Shown here piece by piece: positions 63,977 through 64,000 of a stretch of DNA of 64,000 bases; positions within the stretch are counted from its first letter, which is position 1, and every line of letters begins with the position of its first letter. Under the pieces are notes generated by a model. It was not told the DNA's origin and searched no databases. It saw only the letters and a program-made list of their open reading frames with translations. The stretch comes from Octopus sinensis (Eukaryota). The stretch is taken from the NCBI RefSeq assembly GCF_006345805.1, contig NC_043008.1, positions 14,446,001 to 14,510,000 on the forward strand, in the 5' to 3' direction. The position numbers and the translations under genes are program-made.

Positions 63977-64000
63977 TAAAAACAAACTCCAGCTGTGATC

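Overview
This is AT-rich eukaryotic DNA packed with microsatellites and transposable elements (TEs). The repeat content ((TA)n, (GATA)n, (CA)n, (ATC)n, tRNA-derived SINEs, RTE/CR1 LINE ends, mariner relics) points to a cephalopod, probably Octopus; that assignment is an inference. No intact host gene could be assembled, and almost all ORFs in the supplied track are microsatellite or SINE artefacts. Supported features: (1) several SINE families, about 40 copies, some nested or tandem; (2) LINE remnants: an RTE 3' end, an R4/Dong-like C-terminus, a young CR1 3' end with a ~53-bp target duplication, and a decayed Myb/SANT + CCCH ORF; (3) a Penelope-like element (PLE) GIY-YIG endonuclease relic; (4) three mariner fragments and one DD37D/maT-like fragment; (5) MITEs of hAT/MULE-, pogo-, piggyBac- and Helentron-like type; (6) long hairpins. 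The most notable signal, invisible in the ORF track, is nine type I hammerhead-ribozyme-like motifs in at least four sequence families. They lie in short Penelope-type relics beside (TA)n tracts and include a non-canonical CCGAAGA core family, an inverted-duplicate copy and a copy with twin-priming geometry. All structures were read by eye; no searches or folding programs were run.
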